Positions 33,150-46,700 of a DNA stretch of 64,000 nt are shown one piece after another; position 1 is the first letter of the stretch, and each line of letters starts with the position of its first letter. The notes beneath the pieces were generated by a model. That model had not been told where the DNA came from. It did no database searches and saw nothing but the letters and a program-made list of their open reading frames with translations. Origin of the DNA: Cyanophora paradoxa CCMP329 (taxonomy: Eukaryota; Plantae; Glaucophyta). Both the position numbers and the translations under genes were made by a program. The stretch lies in contig QPMI01000496.1 of the NCBI GenBank assembly GCA_004431415.1, forward strand, positions 1 to 64,000, given 5' to 3'.

Positions 33150-36100
33150 ACGAAGGCGACGACGAAGCGCTCGTAGAGGATGCACAGCGCGATCGCCACC
33201 CCACTGCGAGCGAAGCGGGGGGTACGGTTGGGCGAGCGAAGCGGGGGGTACGGGGGGAGTCGGCGCTCGTGCGGCAGCGCTGGCCGCGCCATTGTTCGTC
33301 TTCCCCAACGCGAGCGCAGGGGGCGGGGCGGGACTAGCTCAGCGCACCTCCCGACACCGATCGTGATCACGAACTCCCACGGGATCTGATGCCGGGCTCG
33401 AAAAAGGGGGGCGGGTGGCGAGGAGAAGGGCGGGGCCGCGGGCGGCGCTGGGCGGACCGGGACGAGGTCGAAGGTCCAGCGCACGTTCGCTGCGCGCGCG
33501 CCCGGCCCCGCGTCCGTCAGGCGCGCCCCACGGCCGACGCGGAGACGGGGGCGGAGAGAGATCTAGGGCGTTCCCGCCCGGGGCGGGGGCGGGGGCGGGG
33601 CGGGGCCTCCGGGGCGGACCGACGTTCTGGGGGACGGCGAGGAGGAAGAAGAGGCCAATGGCGAGGGCCCCGAAGGTCATCGCCAGGTACGCCCGGTTCC
33701 TAACGTGGCGTCAGGTCAGAGGGTTTAGTCGGGGGCCGGCGGGTGCGGGTCGGGTGGGGTCGGGTGCCTGTAGGCGCTCTCGCGGAAGGCGAGGTTCTGG
33801 CGGTTGAAGGAGAGGGCCCAGGCCACCCTGCGCGACGCGGCCCGGCCCGGCCCGCTCGAGCGGAGAAGAGGAGAAGCGGGCGGGGCGGGGGCGGGGCGGG
33901 GTGGGGCGCGCCCGACGTTGATGATGTTGGCCATCGTCCAGCTCGTCGTCTGCGGCGCGCGTCGCATCGCACCCGTCCGAGACCTCTAGAACCGCCCCAA
34001 GCCGCTTTGCGGGGCGCACGTTCTCGATGCAGGAGACCGTGTCCTCCAGCGCGACCGACGAGCACGCTGCGCCGCGAAGACGTGAGCCGGCGGCGCCCGC
34101 CCGCCCCTCCGTCGCAGCCTCTGGCCTAGTGCTAGCGGACGGCGCGGGCGGCGCGGCGCACCGTCGAAGTTGGAGCGATTCGGGGGGCAGTACCAGTCCG
34201 CCGACTGCGCGCGCGTTCAGCAACGGAGCCTCGGAGCGGCGCCTCGAGGAGCGGGCGGGGCGGGGGCGGGCTTGGGCGCGGGCGTAGAGGAAGGCCTCGA
34301 GGCCGAGGGCGATCGCCAGGTGGCCCGCCCCGCTCACCACGATCTGCCCGGGAGGCGCGGGCGTCGTCCCGAAGCGAGGATGAGGGCCAGGGCGAAGGGG
34401 GCGGGGGCGGACGGCGAGCATGGAGAAGGTGGGGGACTTGGGGGCGAGGGCCGCGCCGCCCCGCCGCGGCCGCTGCATGCACATCGCCAGCGCGATCGGC
34501 ATCTGAGGGCAGGGTTCAGAGGGGCGCCGGTGGGCCGGGGGGCGGGGGGCGGGGGGGCGGCGGGCCATGATGCCGGCGGCGCGGAAGCAGTACTGCTCCG
34601 AGCTGAAGTCGAACCCGCCGAGCTGCAGCAGCCGCACGTTCTGCGCGATCTGCCGCCCCGCCCCCGCCCGCTCGCGAGGCCCGCCCAGGGCAGGGCTCGG
34701 CGGGGCGGGGCGGGGCGGGAGGACCTGGAGGATGGAGGAGAACATGAGGAACTGCGATCCACTCGGATCAGCTTGCGATCCGTCCGAGGCGGGCGGGGCG
34801 GGTGCGGACGGTGAGGATCTCGTAGACGGTGCAGAGGCAGCAGCGCGCCTCGGCGAGCAGCGCCAGGCACGTCGCCGTCGTCGGCCGCTTCGACACGTAC
34901 TCCGCCACCTGCCGAGGGGCTCGGGGCTCGGGGAGGATCTCCAGGGGCGGGGCGGGCGGGAGGAGCGGGCCACGCGGGTCTCCATGCAGGCGGAGCCGAA
35001 GGAGAGGCCCCCCGAGGACTCCTGCATGCCCCCCAGGTCGTTCACCCTGCGAACGGGGCTCAGGCGGGGCTCAGGCGGGCCGGAGCGAAGCTCAAAGGCG
35101 ACTGACCCGTCGCCGACGACCAACGCGGTGGCGCCGGCGCGCTCGAGGAAGCGCACGATGTCCGTCTTGTTCTCCGGCTTCGCCTGCGGCGCGGCGCGCG
35201 GGAGCCCCTCAGGCGTGCGAAAGAGGCGTCCCGGAGCGCGGGGCGCACGCGGGCGAAGATGACGGCGCGGCGCATGACCTGCCGCCCGCCTGAGCGCCGG
35301 GGGGGGGGGGGGGGGGGGCGGAAGGCGCGGGGGCGGGGGGGGGGGCGGGCGGGGGGGGCGGGGGGGGGGGGGCGGGGGGGGGGCGGGGGGGGGGCGAACG
35401 GCCTCGCGGACGTCCCTGTGCGGGTCCTTCTCCCCCTCCTGCCCCAAAAAGTGAGGGGAAGGGGGGGGCGAGGGACGGGAGGGGCGCCGGGGAGGGGGCG
35501 GGGGGCGGGCCTGCTCGTCGAAGCCGCCCACGCGGTCGATCGCCGCGAACAGCGCCTGCGGGAGGGGGTTCGGCGCGTGAGGGGGGTACGGGTGCGATAG
35601 GGGGGTATGGGGCCTCGCCTCGACGCCCTCGCCCGTGACGGCCCACGCCGTCTGGTCGGCCCCCGCGAGCCCGCCCCACGCCTCCTGCTCCTCCTCTTCC
35701 CCCTCCTCCTCGCCCCACCGGTCCCGCTCCAGCTCGAGCTGCCGTCGCACCCGCTCAGTAAAGGGGGCCGGGGGGTACAGGGGATGCGGGGGGGCACCTG
35801 GGCGGAGAGGAGGCGGCCCTCGTCGACGGCGTCGTAACAGAGGGGCTTGCCGTCTGCCGCCCGGCGGGGGGACGGGGCGGATCGGAGTCAGCGGAGCGGG
35901 CGAGCGCATCATAGGAGCCTCTCCGCTTCGCAACAGCTCAGCGATTCAGCGAGTCTCAGAGGCTTCTCGGAAGGGAGCTCCCGCGGGGGCGGGGCGGTGC
36001 GGGGCGGTGCGGGGCGGTGCGGGGCGCACCCTTGCCGTCGAGGACGAGGAGGCGGGCGCGGGGGTCGAGGAGGCCGCAGGCGCGGCACACGCTCGCCGCC

Positions 36101-39100
36101 GTCGCCAGCGTGTCCCCTGTGCCCCCGACCCGCCCCGCGCTCGCTCAGCGCCCGCCCTCAGGCGCGCCTTTCTCAAGGCGGCAGCGCACCGGTGAGGACA
36201 AGGACGCGGAACCTGGCGGCGCGGAGGCTCGCCACCACCTCCGGCGCCTCCCGCCGCACAGGGTTGCTCACTGGGGCGTGGGAGGGCGAGGGGGGGGGGG
36301 GGGGGGGGGGGGGGGCCGTCGGGCGGGCGGGTCCGAGGGAGGGAGGGGTACGGCGGCGCACGCAGGAGGAGGCCGTCGAACACCAGGCCCGACTCCGCCT
36401 CCGTCCTGGGGGGTACGCGTCTCGCAGAGGTCGCGGGGGGTACGGGGTATACGTCGGGCACCGCTCGAGGTCGCGGATCTCGGAGGCGCTCATGAAGTGC
36501 ATGACCTGGAGCACGGGGACGGGCGTGAGGGGGTACCGGGGTAGGCGACCGCCGACGTCGCCGGGGGGTACGGTGTGAGTGCACCTTGTGCGCGCAGGCG
36601 AGCATGGTCAAGCCCTTCTCGGCGTGTACCCGGAGCGCCTTCTCGAAGCTCCGGGGCACTGCGAGACGCCCGCTCGAAAAGGAGGGGAGGGGGGGGGCGA
36701 CGTGGCGGGGGTACCGGTGTGGGGCTGGCAGAGCTTCGCGATGGCGTTGGGGGAGCCCTTGCAGTAGAGGACGCACGTGTTCGAAACCTGCCGGGCCCGT
36801 TTAGCAATAGTGGCTCGCCGCCTCGTCTTAGCGCCAGGGGTACCAGGCCCTGGGCGACAACGGAGGAGCACATGCGGCGCAGGTCGAAGTCGAACCGCCG
36901 CACCACCGCCCACTGCCCGCGCCGTCATGGGGGTACCAGAGTGGAGGAGAAGGGAGGGGAGAACCTCCTCGTCGCTACCGGAGGGCCGCAGGGTGTCCGC
37001 GGGCGGCTTCGAGATCGCTGACGGGAGGGGCGGGAAGGGGTTGGTTCAGGGGAGAAAGTAGGGGGTACACGCGGACCGAGGATGCCGCGGCGCTCCCTGA
37101 GCTCCGGCTCCGGTTCGACGAGGGCCTACGGGGGGTCAGGGATGCCGGGGGGTACTGCATGGGGCGGGGATAAGCGTACCCATCCCGTGGCGCGGAACCC
37201 CTGCACGTCGATGGGGCGCCCGCTGCTCTCCGCGGTTCCCGCGCTCAGCGCTGCGGAGTACGGCGTTCGGCGCTGCAAGGTACGGTGTGCACGAATGCGA
37301 GGGGGGTACCGTGGCACAGGGCGAGGCAGCGCTCGAGCTCCGCCGTGCTCTCGTCGGCCCGCAGCCGCTGCGCGACCTCTCGGAGCCTGCCGGTGCGTGT
37401 TAGGGTCCGGAAGCCCTGCTTTCGAAGGGTGGCGGGGCGTACACTCCCGCCTGAGAGGCCTGTACCCCGTGGAATGCGACCTGCGGGGGGGGGGGTTCAC
37501 GTTGGAAGTCGGCCCGCCCAGGGAAGAAGTGGGGGTACGGGCTCGCCCGCTCGGAGGTGAGTACCCCCGTCTTGTCGAAGCAGACCGTGGTCGACTGGCC
37601 CGAGGTCAGGAGCCTGCGGGGTACGTGTTGACCTGGGGGTACTGCAAGGCGCGAAAGAGCGGTGGGGGGGTACCGGTTGGGGTCCAGGACCGTCACGCCG
37701 CAGGGCTTCAGGCGAACTGCGCGTAGCGCGGCATAAATTGACGAAGGGGTGCAGGGATGTGGATGAGAGGGGGGCAGGCGAACCGCCTCCCATGACGAGG
37801 GCGAAGGATACGATAAATAGGAGCGAGGCGGGTACGGAGAGGGTCACGAAGTCTGCCCGGAGGGGGTACGTGAGCGGCGTCGGGGGTGCAAGGGTCGCGA
37901 CGGGGTATGCCCACCGACGGCGCCGACGAAGAATTCTCGGACAGTGAGGTGCTGCGGGGAAGAGGAGGGGGAGAGTGGACCTCAGACGAGCCCGGGTCGG
38001 GAAATGGGATGGGAGGGGTACGCGCACGTCCTTCTCTTGGTCCACGAGAAGCGCCGCCGCGAGGGCGAACGCCACGAGGCTGATACTGTACCCCGGGCGT
38101 CGGGACGGGGGTACAGGGCTTCGAGGTCTTCGCTCTGGGGGGGTACGCACACGAGCTGGATATAGAAGTAGTATCGCAGGCGCCATGTGACGGCGTACTG
38201 GTCCTCCCGCGCGTATAGGACCTGCCCGGATTCGAACCGGGGGGAGGAAGGTTCGCATACGGGGGCGTCGGGGAGGGGTACCTCGTGAAAGAAGGGCCCC
38301 CGCTGGGTCGCATAGCTGTGCGGGGAGGAGGGAGTGAGGTCGGGTAGGGCGAGCCGCAGCACGACGAGGATGGACGACGCACCCGGTGCGGAGGACGACG
38401 CAGAGGAGCTGCGGGTGCGTGCGATGAGCGGGGCGGAGGGGAGGCGAGGAGGGTCCAGCGATGGATATCGGACCGGCTCGCGGCTCAGGACCTGGCGGGC
38501 GGGTGAGGAAGGAACGAGGCGGGGGCGGGGGCGGGGGAGCGAGGAGCGCGAGGGGGCTGGCTCGCCTGGAGAAGGGTGGTCCCGCAGAAGAGGACGCTCT
38601 CCTCGTTCCTGGCCGCCGATCGGGTCGGGCCGGCCGCCTTCAAGCACGCGCAATCAGGCGCGGGGGCACAGACCTGGCGGGGTCGACGTTGGCGCCCCCG
38701 CCGGCGCCGGCGGCGGGGGGGTGCGCCCCCCACAGGAGCCCCTGCTTCGTCGTCGGCAGCGGCTGCCCTGCGCCCGCCCCCGCCGAGCGTAAAAGGGAGG
38801 CGGCTGCGCCGCTCTCGGCCGGAGAGGGCGGAGCACCGCGGAGGGAGGACTCGTCGACGATGCACTCGCCGCGCAGGAGCAGCAGGTCGGCGGGGAGCGC
38901 CAGCGGCAGCGGCGTCGCCCGGTTCACCTGAGGCCCCTTCGCTCGCCGGGCGGGGCGGGGGAGCGGGGCCCCCGGGGGAACGTTCACTCACCTCCTCGTC
39001 CGCGTTCGCCCGCAGGAGGCCGCCCCGCCGCCCGCCCGCCGCCGCCACCGGCCGCACCTGAGGGGGCGATGAGGTGGGAGGAGGGGATGGGGAGGGGGGT

Positions 39101-40066
39101 ACTAGCGCACCACGACCGCGTCGCCGGGTACGAGGTCCTCCGAGCGGATGAACCGCTCGCCCCCCGGCTGGAGCGTGGGAGGAGTTGGCGGGGGGTACGG
39201 GAAGAAGTGGGGGGCGAGGGAAGGGGGGTACACGCACCTCCTTCTCGGGTTTCAGCCCCGGCCTCCTCCGCACGACCACCTTTGTTGCAACCTGGGGGTC
39301 CGCAATTCAAGAAGGGCACCCCCTCCCAACGCGAGGGGAGGGGGGTACGTGCCTGGGCGAGCTTCTGGTCGAGGCGGCGAGAGGAGCGCCAACGAAGGAG
39401 CGCCGTCCAAAAGATCGTCACGACGGCCATAATCAGGACCAGGCTCTGGGGGGGTACGCCGTTCGGGCGGCGGAGGATGGTGATGCAGAGGGTGGGGGGG
39501 GTACGCTCGCACTCCGAAGAGGAACATTCCCTGGTAGAACCAGACGGCTACCGCGAAGAACTGGAATAGAAAGTACGGGTGGCTCGACTGCGGCGAAAAT
39601 CAGCATGGAAGGTACGATTTCGAGGGGACCCCGGGTCAGGGGTACGGCTGCACCTCGTAAAGGAAGCGGAGGGGTAGAGGGGTGAAGCTCGGCCGGAGTT
39701 CGTTTGGGCCGAAAAGGCAGGCTCGGCGCCGGACCTCGTCGGGTTCGAGCCCGCGCCCGTACCGCACCTCGACCCTCGCCGCGGACATTTCCAGCAGCAT
39801 CCTGTACCCCCGGTCAGCCGTGTTGGTAAGGGAATGGGTGAAAAGAGAGGCCGCGAGGGGTGCGGCGCACTGGACACGCGCGAAGGACCCGTCGGGGCAC
39901 TGGATGTAGCGGCGGCTGCGGCGAAAACGTCAGCCGGGGGTACGAGAAAGCGAGGAGCTGAGGAGGGACCTCATGAAGTCGAAGTAAACGATTTTGGTAT
40001 CCTCCGGCTCAAGCTCGGGCTGGGGGGACGCGCGGCCCCCCTCGGCATCGCCGTCCGCCTCCGTGC

Positions 40067-40104
<38 letters not shown>

Positions 40105-40689
40105 GCCGGAGGATCCGCCTCGGCGCCCCCCCGGACGGAGCCGCCGGGCGTGCCGCCTGGGGAGAGGCCGGCCACCAAAGACGCGTTCGCTCGCCGCGGG
40201 GGGAAGCGGCGGCTCCGGACGCGGACGATGTGCCAGGCCGGCCGCCCCGGCTCCTGCCCGCACAGTCAGATTCGATCCGATTCAAGAGCGGAGCCACAGC
40301 GCGGGCGGAGCGCGCGGCCCGCCGGCGCGCACCCTCAGGATGATGGCGCTCGGCTGCTCGCGGCGGGCGCAGAGGCGGTGGGTGCAGTCGGCGAGGAGCC
40401 AGCGCCAGCGCGGGTGCGCGAGGACCGCCGGGAGGGCGCCCAGCGTGAGGAGCGAGGCCAAGAGGAAGAGGGCCAGCCGCGCCGGCGACACGACGAGCGC
40501 CCTCAGGTCCCGAAGCTCCGCCCGCGAGCCATCCACGGGCTCCTGAGCGCGGGCGCGTGGGCGCCCGCTCGTGGCGTGGCGCGGGGAGGATGGCAGCACC
40601 TCCTCAGCTCCAGGCTGCCCCCAAGAGATCGATTTCGCGCTCAGCGACGGCGCCGGCGGGCGCGGGGGCTCGCTCGACGTCTCGCCCAT
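33150..40689 (-). CDS. Divergent P5-type (P5B-like) P-type ATPase, many introns; low-complexity C-terminal exons may extend to ~31030
   Basis: Exonic motifs in order: LVPGD, LPADLLLLRGECIVDESSL, VLFCGT, VCFDKTGVLT, RRFDFD, YCKGSP, VLTGD, VIFAR/KPENK, VGDG/VND, followed by C-terminal hydrophobic helices. Confidence 0.88.
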
Positions 40690-41106
40690 CCCCCTCGACT
40701 ACCGCTGATGTAAACCGCCGCCGGTCATCTAGCTATGATCTTTTGAGCCTGCTGCGCGCGTCCTGAGCCAAGCGCGGTTCTCACGGTCCGAACCGGTAGC
40801 CGGAGCGCAGAGGCCAACTTGTGGTGGTGCCCCTGCCTGACGCAGCGCTGCGCAACCTCAGAGCAGCGCTATCTAGAGGGGTCTTCGCGGCTTTCGGGCG
40901 GCGAATCGGTCCGGCTGCTGGGGTACGTGAACGAGCCGCCCAAAGTCGGCTGCGACGTCTCTGCGGGCTTCGACGCTCAGTGACCTCGCTCTATAGCTGC
41001 GGGCGACGCTCTCCAGCAGCCCTAGCCGGGCAGCGCCCGAGCGGAGCGCAACACAAGCCCCGAGGCGAGCTCGAGCGCCGTCGCGCGGCGCGCGCAAGCA
41101 GCAGCG

Positions 41107-43093
41107 ATGAAGAGCGGACGGCCTCCCGATCCGACCCCGCGGCCGGCGTCACTACCCGTGTGCGTGCCGCTCCTCGTCATCGCAGGTTCGCGCCTTTGGG
41201 CCGCACTCGGGCGCGCCGCAGCCCACCGCTCGCCGTACAGCCCAAGTGGGAACGCTGGCCCGCATCTTTCTCGGCGAGGCGCTCGTCAGGATGGGCGTAA
41301 GCCTCGCCGCGACGAGCGCCGTGCACAGCGCGCTCCTCGCCAACATCGCCGGCTGCGCGATCTTCGGGATGAGGTGCGCGACGCGCATGAACGCGTTTCC
41401 ATTAGCCCTCCGTCAAGGCGCAGCGCTAGATCGAGCGGATCCTGCGCGCACTCACTCGGGTCGATTGAATTTGATCCGCGCGCGGGCGCAGCCAGTCGTT
41501 CGCCGGGTGGAGCGCGCTCTGGCTCGTCCTCCTGCGCTCCTGGTTCTGCGGCTCCCTCACTTCCTTCTCCAACTGGATCCAGGCGAGCCGCGCGCCCCGC
41601 CCGCGCTTCGCCCAGCCGCGCCCCGCCGCTCGCTTTCTGGCCGACGTGAGAGATTCCCTCTCATCGCCTAAAGCTGACCCCGGCCCGCCCCTCCGCAGGA
41701 CGCCAACCTCAAAATACTCCGCGGCGAGGCGCGTGCTGGCCCCCCCACCCTTCAGCGCCGCGCACTGTACCCCTGATTCTGAACACCCCCCCTTCAGGTC
41801 GGCCCCGCCTCCGTCACGCTCGCGATGGGATTCGCCGTGTGCTACGGCTCCCTCCTTGCCGGCGAGCAGCTCGGCCGCTGGCTGTACCCCCCCGCCGCCC
41901 GCCTCGCCTCCCGCGCCCCCGTCCGCCCGGGCTCCGGGCCCGCCCCCGCCCCCCCGCGGGATCCCGCCGCCCCTCCCGGCCCCTTCACGGTTGTTGTTCT
42001 GAAGCCACGTACCCCCGCCGCGCCCGCCCCCCTCCGCGATTCCTTCCCTCTCGTGCGCGATCCCCGTACCCCAATCCCGCGCCCTTCCCCTGCCTCCGAC
42101 CCGGCACCCTGCCCGCCCTGTACCCCGCAGATCCTCCTTTCCTGCGCCGCGGCCGCCGGCCTCTCTGCTCTGCTCCTCGCCCTCGCTTTCATCGATCCTC
42201 CCAGGCGCGCCCTTGAAACCCTGTACCCCCCTCGCTCGCTCCGAACGTTGATTGTACCCCCAGGCGCCGCCGCTGGCTCGCGGCGCTCTGCGGCCCCTTC
42301 GGCTGCGCGGCCCGCTACGAGCTTTCCCGCCGGAACAACCGTACCCCCACCTTCCCCGTGCGGCCCGGCCCCACCCTCCCTATCTAGCTCGCCACCCCTT
42401 TGATTGTCCGGTACCCCCGGGGGCAGCTTATGACCTTCGCGGCGAACGTGGCGGGATCGCTCATCGCGGCAGCGTGCTTCGTGGTGCTGGGCGAGGCGGG
42501 CGGCGACGCCGGCGGCCGCCCCCGCGACTTCGAGGACGTGCGCGGCCCGCCTCGGCCCCTCTTGGCTCGCTGGCTCGGCTCCTTTTATCTATCGCTGGCT
42601 CGCTGGCTCGGCTCCTTTTATATATCCATCTCCCTTGCCCCCCTCATCGTCCTCCTCTCCAGTGGCGGGGCGCGGCGCTGTGGATGGCGGTCATTCCCGA
42701 CGGCGTCTGCGGCTGCCTCTCTACCTTCTCCTCCTTCGTCGGCGAGATTAAGGTGCCCGCCGTCCCCCCCCCCCCCCCTCCCCCCCTCCCCCCCGCGCCC
42801 TCGGGGCCCCCACGGCTCCTCCCGCCCAAGCCGGCCCCCTAACGAAGGGCGGGGCGGGGGCGGCAGGCGCTGGAGGCGGGGGCGGCGTGGCGCTACGCGC
42901 TGGCCTCCGTCCTCGCCGCCCTCTTCGGCGTCTTCGCGGTGCGCCGCGCCCGGGGCGGGGGCGGACGAACCTTCGACGGGGCGGTGGAGCTGTCCTCGTT
43001 ATCGCTTTCGATCTGTGACCGCCGGGGCAGGTGTGCGGGGTCTACCTGCTCGCTGCGCACCGCTCCGTCGACTCCGTGCTGGGCCCCGCCTGA
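41107..43093 (+). CDS. FEX: Fluoride export channel, FEX (double Fluc/CrcB) family; multi-exon
   Basis: Two Fluc repeats: GTLARI...LLANIAGCAIFG...FCGSLTSFS and TFAANVAGSLI...GVCGCLSTFSSFVGE. The start is approximate. Confidence 0.85.
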
Positions 43094-43467
43094 TCGTGAT
43101 CGGCGTCGGCTCCGTGGAGCGGCGCCGGCGGGCCCCTCGGCCCCGCGAAATCCCCTGCCCTCCCCCCCGCCCCCCGCGAGGGATCGGCCCCTCCAAGCAC
43201 TACCCTCTCCCTTGCCCTCCCCCCCGCCCCCCTTCCAGCTGGCCACGGCTAGCCAGGCCGCGGCAAACATCGTGATTATCAAAAAAGTTTGCTCGGATAT
43301 ATATCAGGTAGTGAACAACGTGAACAGCGTGATCATCGGATCAATAGTGCTCCAGGGGGGCGCACTGCGGCATCAATGAGCAGCTACGGAGTCGAATTTT
43401 GCGTGGAATCGAAGCTGATCAGTCGAACCCGCAGTAGTCGTTGAGAGTGCCACGCATACGCAACCTC

Positions 43468-43540
43468 TCCCCTCTCCGGAATCCCCTCGATCCTTTTTCC
43501 CTCTCCGGAATCCTTTTCCCTCTCCGGAATCCCCTCGATA
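43468..43540 (+). repeat. Short tandem repeat CCCTCTCCGGAATCC x3
   Basis: Three near-identical units in intergenic DNA. Confidence 0.7.
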
Positions 43541-43741
43541 ATTAATTTTGAATTCCTTATCTTGTTTCCCCCCCGGCCTAGCTAGAGAAGAGATTAAGCT
43601 CCTTCTATCAAGCTCCGTCCCTTCTCTTTGCGCGAGTCCCTCTCTCTCCCTATCTAGGGGCCGGCCGGCGCGGCGTTGGCGCAACCAGACGATCGTTGTT
43701 GGCAGTTGAGATCGAACATTAACGTTGCACGCAAAATCCAT

Positions 43742-46700
43742 ATGCGAATGCCATCGACATCGCTCGCCGACAGCGATGGCGTCCGCGCCCAGCTGGAGCA
43801 GCTGGTTGGCTACGTCGTTCCTTTGAAATCGATCGCGAGCGGCAATCGGGAGCTCGCGATCGAGAACATGATGGAATTTCTCATTGCGAAGCCCGACCTC
43901 TCGGTTCTGGGCAGCCAGGCGCGCGTCCGGGTTCGTCAGGACCGATATTATCTTGCATGCATATGGCCGTCGACGTCGTCTTTCGAGGAACATTAATTAT
44001 ATTCGATGTGCAGTGGCAGAAACTTTCCCACATTCCTGGAGTGAAGCGGGCTCTGGAGATTCTTGCTTTACTCGGGCGGAAAGACATATCCATGGAGCGG
44101 AAGAACGTGAATGCCATCGACGAGCTTTCGACGGCTCTGTCAGAGGTCCTGATCTGGCTCACTTGCCCGAGATTGAAAATTCTGGAGTTGCAAAATTTGA
44201 TTTAGTTGATTTTCGCAGTGTGTCACAATCCTCATCCAGGACCTGGAGCTCGCGCTATGGGGACCCGACTTCCTGATGGACTATTTCGAGCTCGATTCGA
44301 CTGTAATTTGGTGGCGCTTCAACCGCTTCATGATGCATGGCTCTCCATCTGCGATTGCATCAGCCCTGGAAATCTCGCAAGCGCGCGAAACGTTTAATTT
44401 CCCATCACGCAATGGAAATGTTGACATCGCTTTCAGGAAAACATGTTCGAGAAAAATCTTGGCATAGTCCAGGTTCGGCTTTACGATGGTATAAAATTAA
44501 TGGTTATGTTCCCAGAAAATCTTATATATGCATATCATGATCAGCAATTCGTTACACGCTCATGATCAATTACAGGACACATTACAAATGGCGCACAATG
44601 TCTTGGATATGTCGAGCTATCCAGATCTCGAACTGGATAATTTTGAAGAACGGGCCAAACAGCGTTTTCAACGGACCCAGGCATCTTTGTTCGCCTCGTT
44701 CTACTCTGGGCAGATCACACAAGCAGTGCAAGGCGATTACACGCTCGCAGTCAAGCACTACCAGGTGCCCAAAATAAAATTGAAGGCTCGGAAAATTTTA
44801 ACCCAATGCACCGAAGCAGAATGCTCTCAACCATGAGCTTTTCGGCGGTGCTTTCCATAATTTCTCGAGTCTTGTGGCCAAAGTCAGAGGCGAATTCAAG
44901 CAAAATGCGGCTCTTGTGCTTGTGCTGCGCGCAATTTTCAGGAATATCTCCATTTGCTATTGGAAGATCGGAGACAAAGAGTCTGCTTTCAAATTCATTG
45001 AGGTCCGCACTTTTGTAAGTTTAGATTAGTATCTTCTTTGTTTAAACTGGCTTGATCGATCCCGATGTCCGGATATCGATTCAGATGAGTTGGCAAATTC
45101 AAACGATTCAAGAGAACAACGAGGATGCAGCGCTAGCGGTAGCATCGGATCCGGAATCGACCAATCTCGCGAAATATTCCGAAGAGAGATTCAGAAGAAT
45201 ACTCGAAAAGACAACGGCGACGCCTCCCCCGACTGCGCCGCGGCGCAAAGCCACAGCGTCCAGCGCAAGCGCCAGCGCCAGCGCCAGCTACGACATCGAC
45301 GCGGCGCTACGCTTCTTGGGGGAGAGCGCTAGCGTGCCGTCCAGCTCCGCCAATTGCAACGAGAAGCGCAACAGGAAGAAGCTAGCTCAAGCCAAGGTGC
45401 GTCAAGATAGTCTTCACTTCGTAGATCTAGAGTTTCCCAAAACTTTCAGTTGGTCATGATTAGATATCGATCAAAATATATTCGTACAGGCGCGGGCGGC
45501 CGAGCTGATGGCACAGTCGATGTGGGGCGCGGCGAAGGAGCATCTCCTTTGCGGTTTGAAGGTTCTCCGATCCGAAACGTAATCAAATTGTTCTTGCGTG
45601 ATGCCGCGCGATGCCAGCGTGACTCGACCGACGTGGACGCCCGCGCCGCCCTGCTCGAGTGCCTCGTTCGGCTGTCGGAATTCAGAGCGGCCCGCGACGA
45701 GGGCGAGGACGTCCTCCGCTTACTTCCCGTCGCCGACGCGCGACGGAACCGGTGCACAGCGAAATTAATGTTTGGTTTTTTACCAGGATCTAGCTGTCAT
45801 AAATATTAAGACCTCAGCATGTGCAGCATTCAAGCTCTGCTCTCTGAGGTTGAGAGCGCCATTGGACAAAGTACTGGTACCGGTCCGACGGACGTCGATG
45901 CAGCCGACCAACCTGCAGGCGCGTTGCCGCGACCGGCGTCAGTGAACGTATCTCATGATCCACCGGGCTTTTGTATGCAGAAAAGCAGTCGTTGGCGGAG
46001 CAGCCTGCGGTACAGGAGGCAGCTTCCGACCACGTGCACGTCCCCAAGTGTGCGATTTCCGATCATTTTTGCGAGATTTTGAAAACCGCACGTACCTAAT
46101 TATACCGATCGTGCATGCAGAGACACGACGGCACCAGCAGCCTCTTTAAACCTGAAGGACCACGGCCGCGATCGTTCAACGTCGACACGAAAGGTCGCGA
46201 TCGCAAATTCGAAGTTGACACCCGCGAAATCCGTGTGCCGCCATTTTACGGCCGGCTTCTGTCATTTTGGAAGTCACTGCCGGTGCGCAACTGTGCGTGC
46301 ATTCTCAAGCTCTAATATAGATCTGTGGAACCTTCGCAGATACCTGCATCCCAAAAGTACCGGCTCACCGACCCCGTACGTTGTTCAACATGGATTGACT
46401 TGTATGCATAATATAAATTGTTTTTCCGCGACTCGCAGAGCTCCGAAAGAGCTTGAGCTCGAGGAATCCAAGCAGCCACCATCGAATTCAGCGCTGGGTT
46501 GCGCCCGCCGCAGCAGCACCGAAGGGGAGTGCGCTATCTGCAGCGAGCCGCTGCAGCTACAGATGGCCGCGTCGACGTCTGACCTGCAGCTGCGCGGCGC
46601 CGGCCCCGCCCGCCGCCTCCGCTGCGGCCGTGCGCTGAACCCTGCCAACTGTCCGGTATTTGTCTGCAGCTGATCATGAGCGATTTTTGCAGACGAGTTT

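Noticed and set aside
30280-36800. Long Arg/Pro/Gly-rich ORFs on both strands (e.g. 31658-33484, 33711-35933)
   Set aside because: These arise from stop-codon scarcity in very GC-rich DNA; only short exonic pieces belong to the ATPase.
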